A stretch of DNA of 64,000 bases from assembly GCA_963778115.1 (NCBI GenBank), contig CAVZSV010000004.1, positions 1,088,001-1,152,000 on the forward strand. The letters run 5' to 3'. The first letter of the stretch is position 1. Every line of letters begins with the position of its first letter. Both the position numbers and the translations under genes were made by a program. Of this stretch, positions 1 to 9,429 are shown in pieces. The notes beneath the pieces are model-generated. The model saw nothing but the letters and a program-made list of their open reading frames with translations. It was not told where the DNA came from and made no database searches. Origin of the DNA: an uncultured delta proteobacterium (lineage in GTDB: Bacteria > Bdellovibrionota > FAC87 > UBA2466).

Positions 1-420
1 GATCTCCATCGCATCTCGCGCCATCTTCCGAAGAAGTGCGTATGCGTGGAGTTGCGTCTGTTCCGACCTTCCGGCTTCCTTCATCTTGTTCAGAACATGA
101 GAAACCATTTGAGGAGTGATTTTCTGAAGCTTCTTATCTCCCAACAAAGGAGAAATGTAGTCCAAGTACAATTGCTTTTGGTTTTCACGCCAACCTTCTG
201 AAGCCTGGTACTTTACCGTTTCATACCACTGCTCAAAAAAACCATCGAGAGTGGGCTGTTGGGCCGAACCCAACACCGATTGTCCTCCCAGCTTTTGCGC
301 TTTGGTTCGAGCCTCGTACAACTCGGCCTCACGCCGCTTCTTGAAGGTTTTCGTGATCCAATATCCATCCGGATCGAGCAGCTTTACCTGAAAGCTTTTT
401 CCTCTTTCGTAGATAGGCAT
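1..420 (-). CDS. Tyrosine recombinase/integrase, N-terminal part (runs off window start)
   Basis: Manually translated from ATG 420: MPIYERGKSFQVKLLDPDGYWITKTFKKRREAELYE...TLDGFFEQW...YISPLLGDKKLQKITPQMV...GRSEQTQLHAYALLRKM. Matches arm-binding plus core-binding integrase domains and follows an excisionase; the catalytic domain is not visible. Confidence 0.85.
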   Translation of the reverse strand, partial: MPIYERGKSFQVKLLDPDGYWITKTFKKRREAELYEARTKAQKLGGQSVLGSAQQPTLDGFFEQWYETVKYQASEGWRENQKQLYLDYISPLLGDKKLQKITPQMVSHVLNKMKEAGRSEQTQLHAYALLRKMARDAMEI

Positions 421-423
421 ATC

Positions 424-747
424 CTACTCCTTGGTAGAAGGAGGATTTGCGGGCTTGAATGAGAAAGACCTATTTCCTGACTTTTTTATTATAGCCTGTC
501 TGGAGACGCAAGGAGCGCTTCGTTCTTCAGTCTTTTCAACAAATGTTGCAAGTACTTCCTCCGGTTTAAACCGAAGATGACGTCCCATCTTAATGTAGGG
601 GATCTGTTTGCGATGCACCCAATAGTAGATCGTTTTTACAGGAACCTGTAACAGAGCGGCGAGTTCCTCAATTGAGGAAAGCATGGGCACGACGGGTGCT
701 GGGGCTAGAATGATTTTATCAGGGCTATTGGCAGTTGCGTTAATCAC
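424..747 (-). CDS. Excisionase-like HTH DNA-binding protein
   Basis: SIEELAALLQVPVKTIYYWVHRKQIPYIKMGRHLRF (HTH_17/Xis pattern), directly upstream of the integrase. Confidence 0.85.
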   Translation of the reverse strand: MINATANSPDKIILAPAPVVPMLSSIEELAALLQVPVKTIYYWVHRKQIPYIKMGRHLRFKPEEVLATFVEKTEERSAPCVSRQAIIKKSGNRSFSFKPANPPSTKE

Positions 748-894
748 AACACCTCCATCATCCGGCTTTGCTTGACCTCCGTGTTTTTTGCGAACGGAGG
801 TCTGCGTATGAAAAGCAAAATACGGATGTCGATATCAATTGATTTGGTCGGTCGGAGCCGCCGAGAGCAGAAACGAGGAAAAAGAGTTTTGAAT

Positions 895-1344
895 TTACTT
901 GGGGCACTTGTTCTCAGTCTCCTGGGAGGAGGCTTCCATTGGCTGACCCTTCACCCTGATCATCTTATCCGGGCCGGAAAGATATTTTTCGATGGTTGTT
1001 GGCGCCTTCTCAATTGATCTCCTCGCAGCCGAGCCCTTACCTCGGTTGCCAGTCAGGGTACTGAGAAGCTTACGAAGATTTGGCATGACATCTCCATTCG
1101 CCTTTGCGGTCTTTGCCTGTGAGACCATGGATTCGAGATAGCTGACCGGATCAAAATGATCCTCTCTAAGTCGTTCCAGACATTCGGGGAGGTACTTGCT
1201 TTCAAATTGGATCAGCGTCCATGACATTAATTCAGAGCGATTTATCCTGCCTCCCGTAAATCCCTCATTAACCCTGTTAGTCATCCTCCGAAGCGCTTCC
1301 GCTGCAGATATTGATATCCGAATTGTGATTGAATCCTTTTCCAT
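895..1344 (-). CDS. Hypothetical protein, possible DNA-binding/relaxosome accessory
   Basis: 149-aa ORF with SD (AGGAG); N-terminal TIRISISAAEALRRM is RHH-like. Confidence 0.5.
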   Translation of the reverse strand: MEKDSITIRISISAAEALRRMTNRVNEGFTGGRINRSELMSWTLIQFESKYLPECLERLREDHFDPVSYLESMVSQAKTAKANGDVMPNLRKLLSTLTGNRGKGSAARRSIEKAPTTIEKYLSGPDKMIRVKGQPMEASSQETENKCPK

Positions 1345-1441
1345 CTCGTTCTCCTGTTTAAAATGTAATGATTGTTTTTCCTTATATGGATTTGGTTTTT
1401 CAAAAATAAAAAACTGCCCAAGTATTGAACTTCACCGAATT

Positions 1442-1559
1442 GGCCGCTGCCGCCCTGTTTCATGTCCCCCGACCAGCTCCTGACCCCTACCGATCGAAGA
1501 GCGGGAGGGGTCAGGAGCGATCAGGGCGGGGGCAGAAGTGGAACAGGGCGGCAGCGGCC
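1442..1559. repeat. Nested GC-rich inverted repeat (candidate oriT/origin)
   Basis: 18-bp perfect IR at 1442-1459/1542-1559 (GGCCGCTGCCGCCCTGTT) enclosing a 13-bp perfect IR at 1476-1488/1506-1518 (GCTCCTGACCCCT). Confidence 0.75.
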
Positions 1560-1627
1560 GTTGCGTATCAAGCACTTACCTTTCGCTGTGGGTTTTTGTT
1601 TTTTCTGGTGGGGTGAGGAATGAAGTT

Positions 1628-2434
1628 TCACCCTGCCTTTATTTCCTTTGCGATCTCGTCGAGAATTACAATCGTTCCCTCGCCCTTCCAAGGGGCTCTT
1701 AACCTTAGCTCTAGAAGGTCCTTTAGAAGGACAAAATAGAAGGCGTGTCGGTATTTCCACATCTGGACGAGGCGATCTCTACTTCTTACTTCAGCTAAGC
1801 TGTCTTCCAGAACCTTCCGAAGTGCTTCATCGCTGGCCACAAAAAAGACCACCGAAAAGTCGTCACTGATGCAAAGCTGTCTCATCATGGTTGCATATCT
1901 GACTTTGGATTTGATCGATAGTTCGAGTTCAAGTGCTACCTTAAAATGCCCTGTAGGAGTCTTCAGGTGAAAAAGAGCGTCGGGAACTTTGTAGCGTTCG
2001 TCTCTCTTTTCTTGCCTGCCGTGCTTTTTGGCCAGGGCGGCCCGTAATTCGTGTTCGGGAGTGTAGTGCGATATAAGCGGGCTTTCCTCGAATATTCGTC
2101 GTAACCGAATGAGGATCTTGTCGTGTTGGAAAGCTGTCTTATAGAGAGGTCGGATGTGGCCTTTCCCTATCCTCTTTGATCCCAGTCGTCTTATCGCAGT
2201 CAATCCTCTCCGTGAGACTTGGAATCCGACAAGGTGTCCTGAGTCGCCTACCATCGAATTTACGTATCCGCGTTGAAGCAGGAGATTTAGCCTCCGGTAG
2301 TGGTTTCGGCCTGTTCGTTCCGGCCAAAATGCATCTTTTATGACTTCTACGTCAGCGAAGCGGTTCTGATAGATGAATTCCAAGACCTTAACATCACGCT
2401 CCGTGAGATTTTCTATTCGGATCATCGCTGCCAC
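1628..2434 (-). CDS. Replication-relaxation (Replic_Relax/MOB_C-like) family protein
   Basis: N-terminal wHTH (LTERDVKVLEFIYQNRF), HDKIL motif, and PD-(D/E)xK-like KVPDALF...VALELELSIKSKVRY. Confidence 0.7.
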   Translation of the reverse strand: MAAMIRIENLTERDVKVLEFIYQNRFADVEVIKDAFWPERTGRNHYRRLNLLLQRGYVNSMVGDSGHLVGFQVSRRGLTAIRRLGSKRIGKGHIRPLYKTAFQHDKILIRLRRIFEESPLISHYTPEHELRAALAKKHGRQEKRDERYKVPDALFHLKTPTGHFKVALELELSIKSKVRYATMMRQLCISDDFSVVFFVASDEALRKVLEDSLAEVRSRDRLVQMWKYRHAFYFVLLKDLLELRLRAPWKGEGTIVILDEIAKEIKAG

Positions 2435-3355
2435 CTCGCCGGATCGGTAATTCGGTACTCAAAATGGCCTGGAACGAAGGTGGTGCCGCGTACTGCATCA
2501 GGAACGTATTGGACTTCGACTTTGGCGGGAATTAAAACGGGCTGTCCGGGATCACCGGCATAGGCCTATTTTGCGCCGTCTCGTCGGAAAGTCCCAGCTG
2601 CCTACCCGTTAATATGGCTCTTTCCACTTTTAGAAATGCTAAGATTTTTGCCTGATTTCCCGAGCGATTGATCTTTAGGATAAACCAGGTTCTGAAAGAT
2701 CTGTGGTAGCCCACCTTCAAGCGAGGAGTCTCATCAGGATTTGCACAGAAGGTCTCGATCATAGAAAGCGCGAGCGCAAGGTACCAAGTGTTCCTTGGTG
2801 TTCTTTGGAACTTGGCAAGGGGCGCTCGTTCCGGCCGTCCAAAGAAAATCTTGGCGACTAAAATTCCTGTGTTCTCTAAAAAGACGGATCCTCTCAAAAT
2901 ACGAGTTCCATGGAACGACCGAGGCCCTCCATAGGATCGGCGTGATAATCTGAGGGGAAAGTGTGCAAATCACAGGCCAGATGTATTCAGCTTGGAAGCA
3001 GAGGACATACTGTCTTTTGAATAGTCGAAAGCTAAAATGACGAATCTAACTGACTGTCACCATTCAGAAAGAACTGACTAAAGGCCGCTAGAAACTCTCA
3101 CGACAGTGGGATCCGGATCTCAGGGGCTTCGTCCCAAGTAACTCCACATCAAAGTCAGCCCCAACAGTCTGCGAGCGATGAACAATCTAACATGACCCAA
3201 AACTCAGTATAGGCTTCGGTTTCGTTGGAGATTATTAATCCACATCAACCGGCCGTCATCATTCACAAAGAGTTGTCCGGAATTGTTTTGGTCGGGGCAG
3301 CGGATAACTGGCTCGGAACGATAAAAATCTTTCGGAAAGTTGGAAATAAATAACC

Positions 3356-3652
3356 TTAATAATCGCCAAATGATGTTTCGGTGGTCTCCGTCCTCTCCGG
3401 ACTTAGATTTGAACGCCCTTCGACATGGTTCGGCATGCTGGTGGTTGTAGCTGCTATCGATGACGTATCAGCATGACTCGTTGTAGAGGCTACTGCGGAA
3501 TCGTACGCGCGTTCATTAGGGTTCAAAAACTGAGCGGGCTCGGCTTTGAGTTCCTTAGCTATACATTCATTAACGACGGGACAGTAAGGTTTGTCATAGG
3601 CTTTACCCTTTTGATTGGTCGCTTTTTCATAATATGGTTTGCATGCGACCAT
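3356..3652 (-). CDS. Hypothetical Cys-containing protein, probably 5'-truncated
   Basis: Frame stays open upstream to ~3907 without a start codon. Confidence 0.3.
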   Translation of the reverse strand: MVACKPYYEKATNQKGKAYDKPYCPVVNECIAKELKAEPAQFLNPNERAYDSAVASTTSHADTSSIAATTTSMPNHVEGRSNLSPERTETTETSFGDY

Positions 3653-3935
3653 TTTTAACTTTGGAGCATTGGCGTCTCCCCCGGTGCAATTGAGACCTAT
3701 TGCACAAAAATTGATCCATTCCCCGGCGACTTTGGAATAGATTATCGATCCCTTTTCACCGCGAGCCTTAGGATAGGATTCGCAGGTTCGGGAATACTTG
3801 TCTGTTTCAGAAGCTCGGTGCTCCTCAAGCGCTTTAAACGGTCCTGGATAAAACCGGAATCCCGCTTCGTCCGATAAGATAGACCCCGTCTCCTCTGAAC
3901 CGCATCCTATTGCGCCTAGAGGAGAGAATATCGAC

Positions 3936-4412
3936 GTGACAACTATCGTCGGCCAACTGGCTACTCCCGGACAAAAGTTGGGTGATCTCGTTTATGACTT
4001 TGGGCAAGGATTTATACCCGTCTATTTATTGGGAATTGACGTTACCTGCGAACCGCGCGCGGGAATAATCTTAATAATGAAGGACTACCATCTCGTTGAT
4101 CGCATGAGACCAAAGACGAAGCGAATGGTCCAGTTGTACCAAATACAAAGCGTAAAGCCGATTAAGAACAAGACCTTCCTCTTTCTAGCTCATAAGAATA
4201 TGAACGAGCTTGGAACAGGGTTACTTCACATTCCAGAGGAGCTAAAGTTAGGAGAATCAGTCTTAGTTACCCGCTCAGGTAACCGAGGCGGACCGCTTCG
4301 AATCGTCGTCAGAAACAAGAAACTAGTAGCCGTCGGTGGAACGCCTCGATTGATCCTTAAGGCCGAGGAAGAGGAAAGTGAGGATAGCGAAAACTTCGGT
4401 GAAGTCGCGTGA
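3936..4412 (+). CDS. Hypothetical protein
   Basis: 158-aa ORF with upstream GAGGAG SD and acidic tail. Confidence 0.6.
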   Translation: MTTIVGQLATPGQKLGDLVYDFGQGFIPVYLLGIDVTCEPRAGIILIMKDYHLVDRMRPKTKRMVQLYQIQSVKPIKNKTFLFLAHKNMNELGTGLLHIPEELKLGESVLVTRSGNRGGPLRIVVRNKKLVAVGGTPRLILKAEEEESEDSENFGEVA

Positions 4413-4560
4413 GCTCAACTAACCGCGCTAACTTCGACAAGCCAATCATACTATTGGCTCAACGACATTTTGCCCGTGAAAACGCCATTCGAGTGACAAG
4501 AGCTTCCTACCATCGCATGTTAAGGAAGAGATCAGGGACGTGTCAGAACTGGAAAGAGCT

Positions 4561-4642
4561 GTATCAAAAGTGAGACTGTTCTCGCATATTGCAAGCGGCT
4601 CGACTCAGGCGCACGGGTATTGGACACGGCATGAGCTTTGCT
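4561..4642 (+). promoter_or_regulatory. Sigma54 promoter with upstream palindromic site
   Basis: GTATCA-AAAG-TGAGAC at 4561-4576; CGGCATGAGCTTTGCT with GG(4628)-N10-GC(4640). Confidence 0.6.
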
Positions 4643-4655
4643 TTATACCGCTCCC

Positions 4656-5591
4656 ATGTACTCCACCGCTCTCGACCACGAGCTGTTTTACTTCGTCCAG
4701 CCCGGTGACTCTCTTTGGCGCATCGCCCAGAATCAGTTTGGGCTTAGACCTGCAAAAGAGGTAAATGGAGAGGTTCAACGGCTATTATCCTTGAATCCGC
4801 ACATCAAAGATCCGAATCGAATCTTCGCGGGAGATCTTCTGCTCCTCGGCAGTCCCGCGAGGCAGCGTACTGGCACGTCGATGTTTCCCCAAGATTTAGT
4901 CGAGGCCCAAAAAGTTTGGAGAAACACCTCTGCGGAAACCAAGGAGACGATTCGAAAAAACTTCGACATCATTGACTGGCTCTCTGATCGAAATGACGAG
5001 GCCGATTTTTTAGACAGCATTGGCCAACAAACAGCATCGGTATGGCGCTCCGTCTCTCCCTATGCCACTTCCGTTCACAGGGCAGAGCTGATTAAATTCT
5101 CTCAGGTATATGAAGAACTCCTGGTTGTTCGAAACCAAACGATAGCCCTTTTAAGTCGGTATCGACTATCGGTGGAACGAATGCCAATTTTCCTAGTTTC
5201 GGTGCGTACCAATGGTTTTTATGGGTACGCACAAAAATTGGCTCGCATGATTGAGCTAGCCGACAAGTTTCGCTTAGGTAAGATACTTCTCGCGGCAGAT
5301 ATATTACTGGAAGCGGGTAAGGTGGCGCGGGTGGCTATTCAAACCAGAGATGCAAAAACATCGTCGAGACAAGCCGCAAAAAGCACTGGCAAGGTCTTGG
5401 CTACCGTAGGCGGTGGCGTCCTCGCAGCTCGTTGGTGTAAGACGCTAGTAATGATCCATAAAGTATATGGTTCAATAGGGTGTGCGATTCTAATCGGCGT
5501 CAATATTTGGCCGGGACAAAAGTTTGGAGAAACCGTTGGTGAAACCCTATTCGATTCCGTAGATCGATTTGTTCTCCCGAGGTTACCTTAA
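4656..5591 (+). CDS. LysM-domain protein with hydrophobic Gly/Ala-rich C-terminus (putative pore-forming toxin), copy 1
   Basis: LysM YFVQPGDSLWRIA...LNPHIKDPNRIFAGDLLLL; C-terminus VGGGVLAARWC-x14-CAILIG; ATG 4656 preferred because it lies downstream of the promoter. Confidence 0.7.
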   Translation: MYSTALDHELFYFVQPGDSLWRIAQNQFGLRPAKEVNGEVQRLLSLNPHIKDPNRIFAGDLLLLGSPARQRTGTSMFPQDLVEAQKVWRNTSAETKETIRKNFDIIDWLSDRNDEADFLDSIGQQTASVWRSVSPYATSVHRAELIKFSQVYEELLVVRNQTIALLSRYRLSVERMPIFLVSVRTNGFYGYAQKLARMIELADKFRLGKILLAADILLEAGKVARVAIQTRDAKTSSRQAAKSTGKVLATVGGGVLAARWCKTLVMIHKVYGSIGCAILIGVNIWPGQKFGETVGETLFDSVDRFVLPRLP

Positions 5592-5592
5592 G

Positions 5593-6012
5593 ATGCACTC
5601 GCTCCCAGATAAGCTCTTCACAGGACCTCATGCCACATTTTTCACTTTCCTCCTCGTTGGACTAGTCATGGTCTTTCTGGTCTGGCTATTACTGGCAATT
5701 CTCATAATGCCAATGATATTGAACCGCAAATTTAATCCGATCTTCGATCAAAGAGGCCGAAAGTGGGGACCTTTAAAGGGATACTCAAGTTATTGGTACG
5801 TCACTCTAAGAAGTTTGGATTACGCGACAGCAATCCTGTTCAACCGATACGCCAGAAAGGAATTCGAACTTGAGCGCGAGTTTTTCCGAAGCAAAGTCGG
5901 CAAATTCACGGTGTTTCTTTGCTGGGTCTACTGGGTTACCACTAAAGTGACGTTAACCTTCATTGCTCTAGGAATAGTTTACCAGCTACTTTACGAGCTG
6001 AAACTCATTTGA
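5593..6012 (+). CDS. Small membrane protein (putative immunity protein 1)
   Basis: Starts 1 nt after the LysM gene stop; 2-3 hydrophobic segments. Confidence 0.6.
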   Translation: MHSLPDKLFTGPHATFFTFLLVGLVMVFLVWLLLAILIMPMILNRKFNPIFDQRGRKWGPLKGYSSYWYVTLRSLDYATAILFNRYARKEFELEREFFRSKVGKFTVFLCWVYWVTTKVTLTFIALGIVYQLLYELKLI

Positions 6013-6168
6013 ATCGCTAGCGACAGCGCGCGGGAACCTAGTATATCCTATAGCAAGCGGAGAACGAATTCCGAAACGCGCCTACGGAAGTTTAATATAG
6101 TTATTTCGAAGGTTGCCGCTTAACAATCACCGCTATCTGCTTGGCGTTCGGGACGAGGGATTGGATGA

Positions 6169-7035
6169 ATGATGACTTTAAAATGGGGCGTTGCTTTTCG
6201 AGCGATACAAAAAGTGTTGGAACCTACCTCGGAACTGAATAAGCGATTTCGGGAGCACATGAAGCCCTTCGTTGACCTTACGGTGCATCTCCAGAGCCGA
6301 CTTACCGAATTTAACCGCCGTATGCGTCCAGTGGCTCTCTCGCTTCCGGAGCTTGAGAAGCAGTACCGTCCTCATCTCATTGCCCTGGTTGAGGCGATGC
6401 AGAAGTTCGAGACGTTCAACGCCGGTCTCGTGGAACGTCATCAAAATGACGTACTCATGGTTCCTCCCTTCTTTGGAGAGCTTGCTACCGATGAATTTGT
6501 CGAGCTATTTCGCGATCACGAAAAACCAGCCCTTATGGTTTACAGCGAGTTCTTTTTAAAACAGGAAAACGTCGATAAGGTGCTAGCCACCTGGGGAAAG
6601 AACAGATTCTATGAAGATCGCATGCCTATTTTTCATGATGCTTTCAGTGCTCATCTAGAAGGTAAACACACTCTTTCTATTCCAGCGTTTCTTGCTCAGG
6701 TCGAGGGTATCCTCTGTGAAATTTTCGATGTCCGGGGGCACAGCAAAGTGAAGGGCAAACTCAAGAGTATCCGATTCGACACTGAGGATTCCGAAAATCT
6801 ATTTGCAAATGCAGAAATCATCTCGCGAATCATTACAGAGCAAGTATTTCTTTCATCTGACACAGACGACTCCCCAGAAACACAATATCCGAACCGCCAC
6901 CGCGTACTCCACGGAACAAATCCATTTTATTACAAAGACCCTTACGCCTCTCTTCGCTGCATTCTTCTGCTCGATCTGTTGAGATCAGACAATTTTCTAG
7001 CGCTGAATAAAAAAGATGAGACAGATCAGGGGTAG
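6169..7035 (+). CDS. Hypothetical protein with C-terminal HEPN-like RxxxxH motif
   Basis: PNRHRVLHG preceded by helical SIPAFLAQVEGIL. Confidence 0.55.
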   Translation: MMTLKWGVAFRAIQKVLEPTSELNKRFREHMKPFVDLTVHLQSRLTEFNRRMRPVALSLPELEKQYRPHLIALVEAMQKFETFNAGLVERHQNDVLMVPPFFGELATDEFVELFRDHEKPALMVYSEFFLKQENVDKVLATWGKNRFYEDRMPIFHDAFSAHLEGKHTLSIPAFLAQVEGILCEIFDVRGHSKVKGKLKSIRFDTEDSENLFANAEIISRIITEQVFLSSDTDDSPETQYPNRHRVLHGTNPFYYKDPYASLRCILLLDLLRSDNFLALNKKDETDQG

Positions 7036-7068
7036 CGATGCCTCAAAAGATATCGTAGACGAGTCCGC

Positions 7069-7905
7069 CTAGGGTGTTTTGCCGCGCTCATATTTCGCTA
7101 GATGATCGAGTACAAGCATTTTCCTATCTGGGCTTCTAAAGCTACAGGCAAACCCCGCAAGAAGTCCGGGTAGAGCATCAAGTTTCGAAGAATAAATTTG
7201 TTCGACGTGAAGTGGATCGGCCATCTTCATTGGATACCCGACGTAGATCATTTCTGATTTAATAACGGAGACAAAGACAGACACCTTCGCAGTTGGATTT
7301 GCTGAACAATAATCAGCAAACTTGTTATTGTACTTTCTTTCAATCCAATCGATGACGGTATCCGTCACGGAAGAAACTGAAGACGGCATGTTGGGCGCAA
7401 CAGCATCAATCAGTGCAATAGGCTTCAGATCGTCGCCCAAGAGTGCGATATCAGCGTCTTTTGGTTGCGCGCCCTTCGTACCGATGCCAAGAGGAAATTC
7501 GATCGCGAGCCGGTCTTGAGGCACGTTCCCCGCCATCGTTTTGTACAGCAGCAATTCTGTTAGAGTATCCCACAAAGAAGTTGTTCTGAAGTTAAGTAGC
7601 TTTACCGCAATTTGCTTGCGCTGTTCGGGAGTAAATTTAAGCGTACCTAATGCATCCTCGATGCTAGCGAGAACGCCTTCGGGTGTTGCCGCATTGGTCG
7701 TCGATTGCCGAAACAAGGGGTAGTCCTTCACTAGAAGAGCCGTGACCAGATCAAAAACCTCTTTGCCTTCTTCTAATTCTGCCCCGTTAGGATATTTTTT
7801 GTTGGCCTTGTTCGTAAACTCACCCGCATCAATGATGGCGTTGAGGTGGGGATACTGAGCGAGCTTTGTCAGCGAGTCTTGTAGTGTCCCAGGAATCTTA
7901 GCCAC
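7069..7905 (-). CDS. Hypothetical protein, possible PD-(D/E)xK nuclease-like fold
   Basis: TLTELLLY...IEFP...KDADIAL...LIDAV pattern. Confidence 0.45.
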   Translation of the reverse strand: MAKIPGTLQDSLTKLAQYPHLNAIIDAGEFTNKANKKYPNGAELEEGKEVFDLVTALLVKDYPLFRQSTTNAATPEGVLASIEDALGTLKFTPEQRKQIAVKLLNFRTTSLWDTLTELLLYKTMAGNVPQDRLAIEFPLGIGTKGAQPKDADIALLGDDLKPIALIDAVAPNMPSSVSSVTDTVIDWIERKYNNKFADYCSANPTAKVSVFVSVIKSEMIYVGYPMKMADPLHVEQIYSSKLDALPGLLAGFACSFRSPDRKMLVLDHLAKYERGKTP

Positions 7906-8188
7906 AATTCGTAACCTCGTATCTGTTCACTTCAAATTGATACGCCAATTCTGAAAGTGTAACGTCGTGGAAATTCCATGGGAAGTCTTAGTGCAAAATC
8001 ATTGTTCTGGGTGGTAGGAGTGATAAATTTCTCGCTTACTTTCTTGGGAAAAAATGGGAAAGAAAACTTAAAAAACAGCCAAAAACCATCATAAACATTC
8101 AAGAACGCAAATCCCCCTAAGTTTTTGTTATCATTGAAAATAGGTCTTGTTTCGATGAGTTAGCAAAACGACGAAAATACGTCGTTTT

Positions 8189-8208
8189 AGCTTTGCAAGC
8201 TGGGGGTC
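8189..8208 (+). other. att core: tRNA-Ala(TGC) anticodon-arm fragment (junction of element 1 and element 2)
   Basis: AGCTTTGCAAGCTGGGGGTC, near-identical to TTTGCAAGCTGGGAGTC at 11793; flanked by tandem arm-like repeats. Confidence 0.75.
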
Positions 8209-8697
8209 AGAATCTAGGAAAAGTCTCCGGTCCGTGGTGTAAACAGTCTGGAGGGGTGCAGTATACGGTCGCAAAAATAAAAAGTCTCGCCGTATCCGCT
8301 TTTGTATCCTTTTTCAGGTCGAAAAAGTGATTTTATGTTCGAGAAAAGTTCAATCAATTCAAGAGATGCTGTTCGAAAGTCAAGAGGGCACCAGCTCTTT
8401 AGTTTGATGCGCTAATAATCCCGCTAATTTTTTTCTAATCCGTCCCAAAGAATTTCGGATCTCTAGCCGCCAATTAACTGAGGAAGAGCGTCGTCACAAG
8501 GTTCGTTTGGGTCGCGTTTCCCAATGGACTTAGCAATAGCGGCTCTTGGTTTCGAATCCGTTCCTAAGTTTGAAAGTATTCGGGAGTACTCCATGTCAGA
8601 CAGCGAAGATGCTAGCGGCTACGGAATGGTACCAAACACGTTATAATGCGATACGGACTTTTTTAAACGCGGCACGGGCATAATAAAGGAGATAGAT

Positions 8698-8892
8698 ATG
8701 GGAAAATTGTTCAGCTGGTTGAGTACCTCGATGGCGATTGCATGCCTACTGGAGATTGCATCCAACCCGAAACAAGCTATTCGTGATATTCAGCGAGGGC
8801 CGATGCCCGAATTGGAGAAGTTCGATTGCCAACTAAATCATCCAATTGGTCCCCCGGCTATTCGACCCAGGAAGATACTTTCACACAGATAG
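8698..8892 (+). CDS. Small hypothetical protein
   Basis: AAGGAG SD upstream; hydrophobic N-terminus. Confidence 0.4.
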   Translation: MGKLFSWLSTSMAIACLLEIASNPKQAIRDIQRGPMPELEKFDCQLNHPIGPPAIRPRKILSHR

Positions 8893-8901
8893 GCCAGAAC
8901 C

Positions 8902-9222
8902 ATGACTACAACCGCTTTGGATTTGCTGAAAGAACACGAAGACACGTTGCTAAAGATCAAGCAGCGCTATTATTTCTTGCAGGCTTTTGAAACCGTGCTT
9001 AGCGATCGCACAAAAGGGCATCGATTTGAGATACCAAACGGCACCGTCTATCAGTGCGCTTTCGATTGTTACGACATGCTCGCAATAGATCTGGCATCTC
9101 TCTGCCGAGGGATGATTGGAAGGGGCGGCTTAGCCGATGTTTCAAATCATAAAGACGGAGAAAATCGTCTGTTCCAGCATCCAGAAGCACCGGATTTTCT
9201 TACGCCGGTTCCAACGTACTAA
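8902..9222 (+). pseudogene. Probable truncated gene (weak AbiU2/HEPN-like resemblance)
   Basis: Helical N-terminus ...YDMLAIDLASLC followed by an unrelated tail. Confidence 0.3.
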
Positions 9223-9319
9223 TCGCCACGGGATCAAAATTGCTGTTTGCCTCCCTCCCTACTCCTTCTCTCCACATTGCAACGAAATGTTTAAAGGTCG
9301 TTTCTCTTGTGAAACATGA

Positions 9320-9391
9320 GTCTCAGACTTGAGACGTAAACCGCAAATTCTTTCCTACGATTAGAGCTGAATACCTGGCCCAAACTTTGCT
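9320..9391 (+). promoter_or_regulatory. Sigma54 promoter with upstream palindromic site
   Basis: Perfect GTCTCA-GACT-TGAGAC at 9320-9335; TGGCCCAAACTTTGCT with GG(9377)-N10-GC(9389). Confidence 0.65.
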
Positions 9392-9429
9392 CCTCTAGAA
9401 AACGGTGTTCCAAATAATAGAGGGTTAAC

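Larger units (their letters stand above)
1..8208. mobile_element. Integrative (mobilizable) element 1, left end outside window
   Basis: Integrase, Xis, relaxase and hairpin; right end at the tRNA-Ala core with TGGGAAA tandem repeats at 8045 and 8055. Confidence 0.7.

Noticed and set aside
772..1017. 81-aa + strand ORF
   Set aside because: Overlaps the better-supported minus-strand gene and has no family signal
2532..3350. ORFs between the relaxase and 3356
   Set aside because: Short, overlapping, and without recognisable motifs; probably decayed sequence
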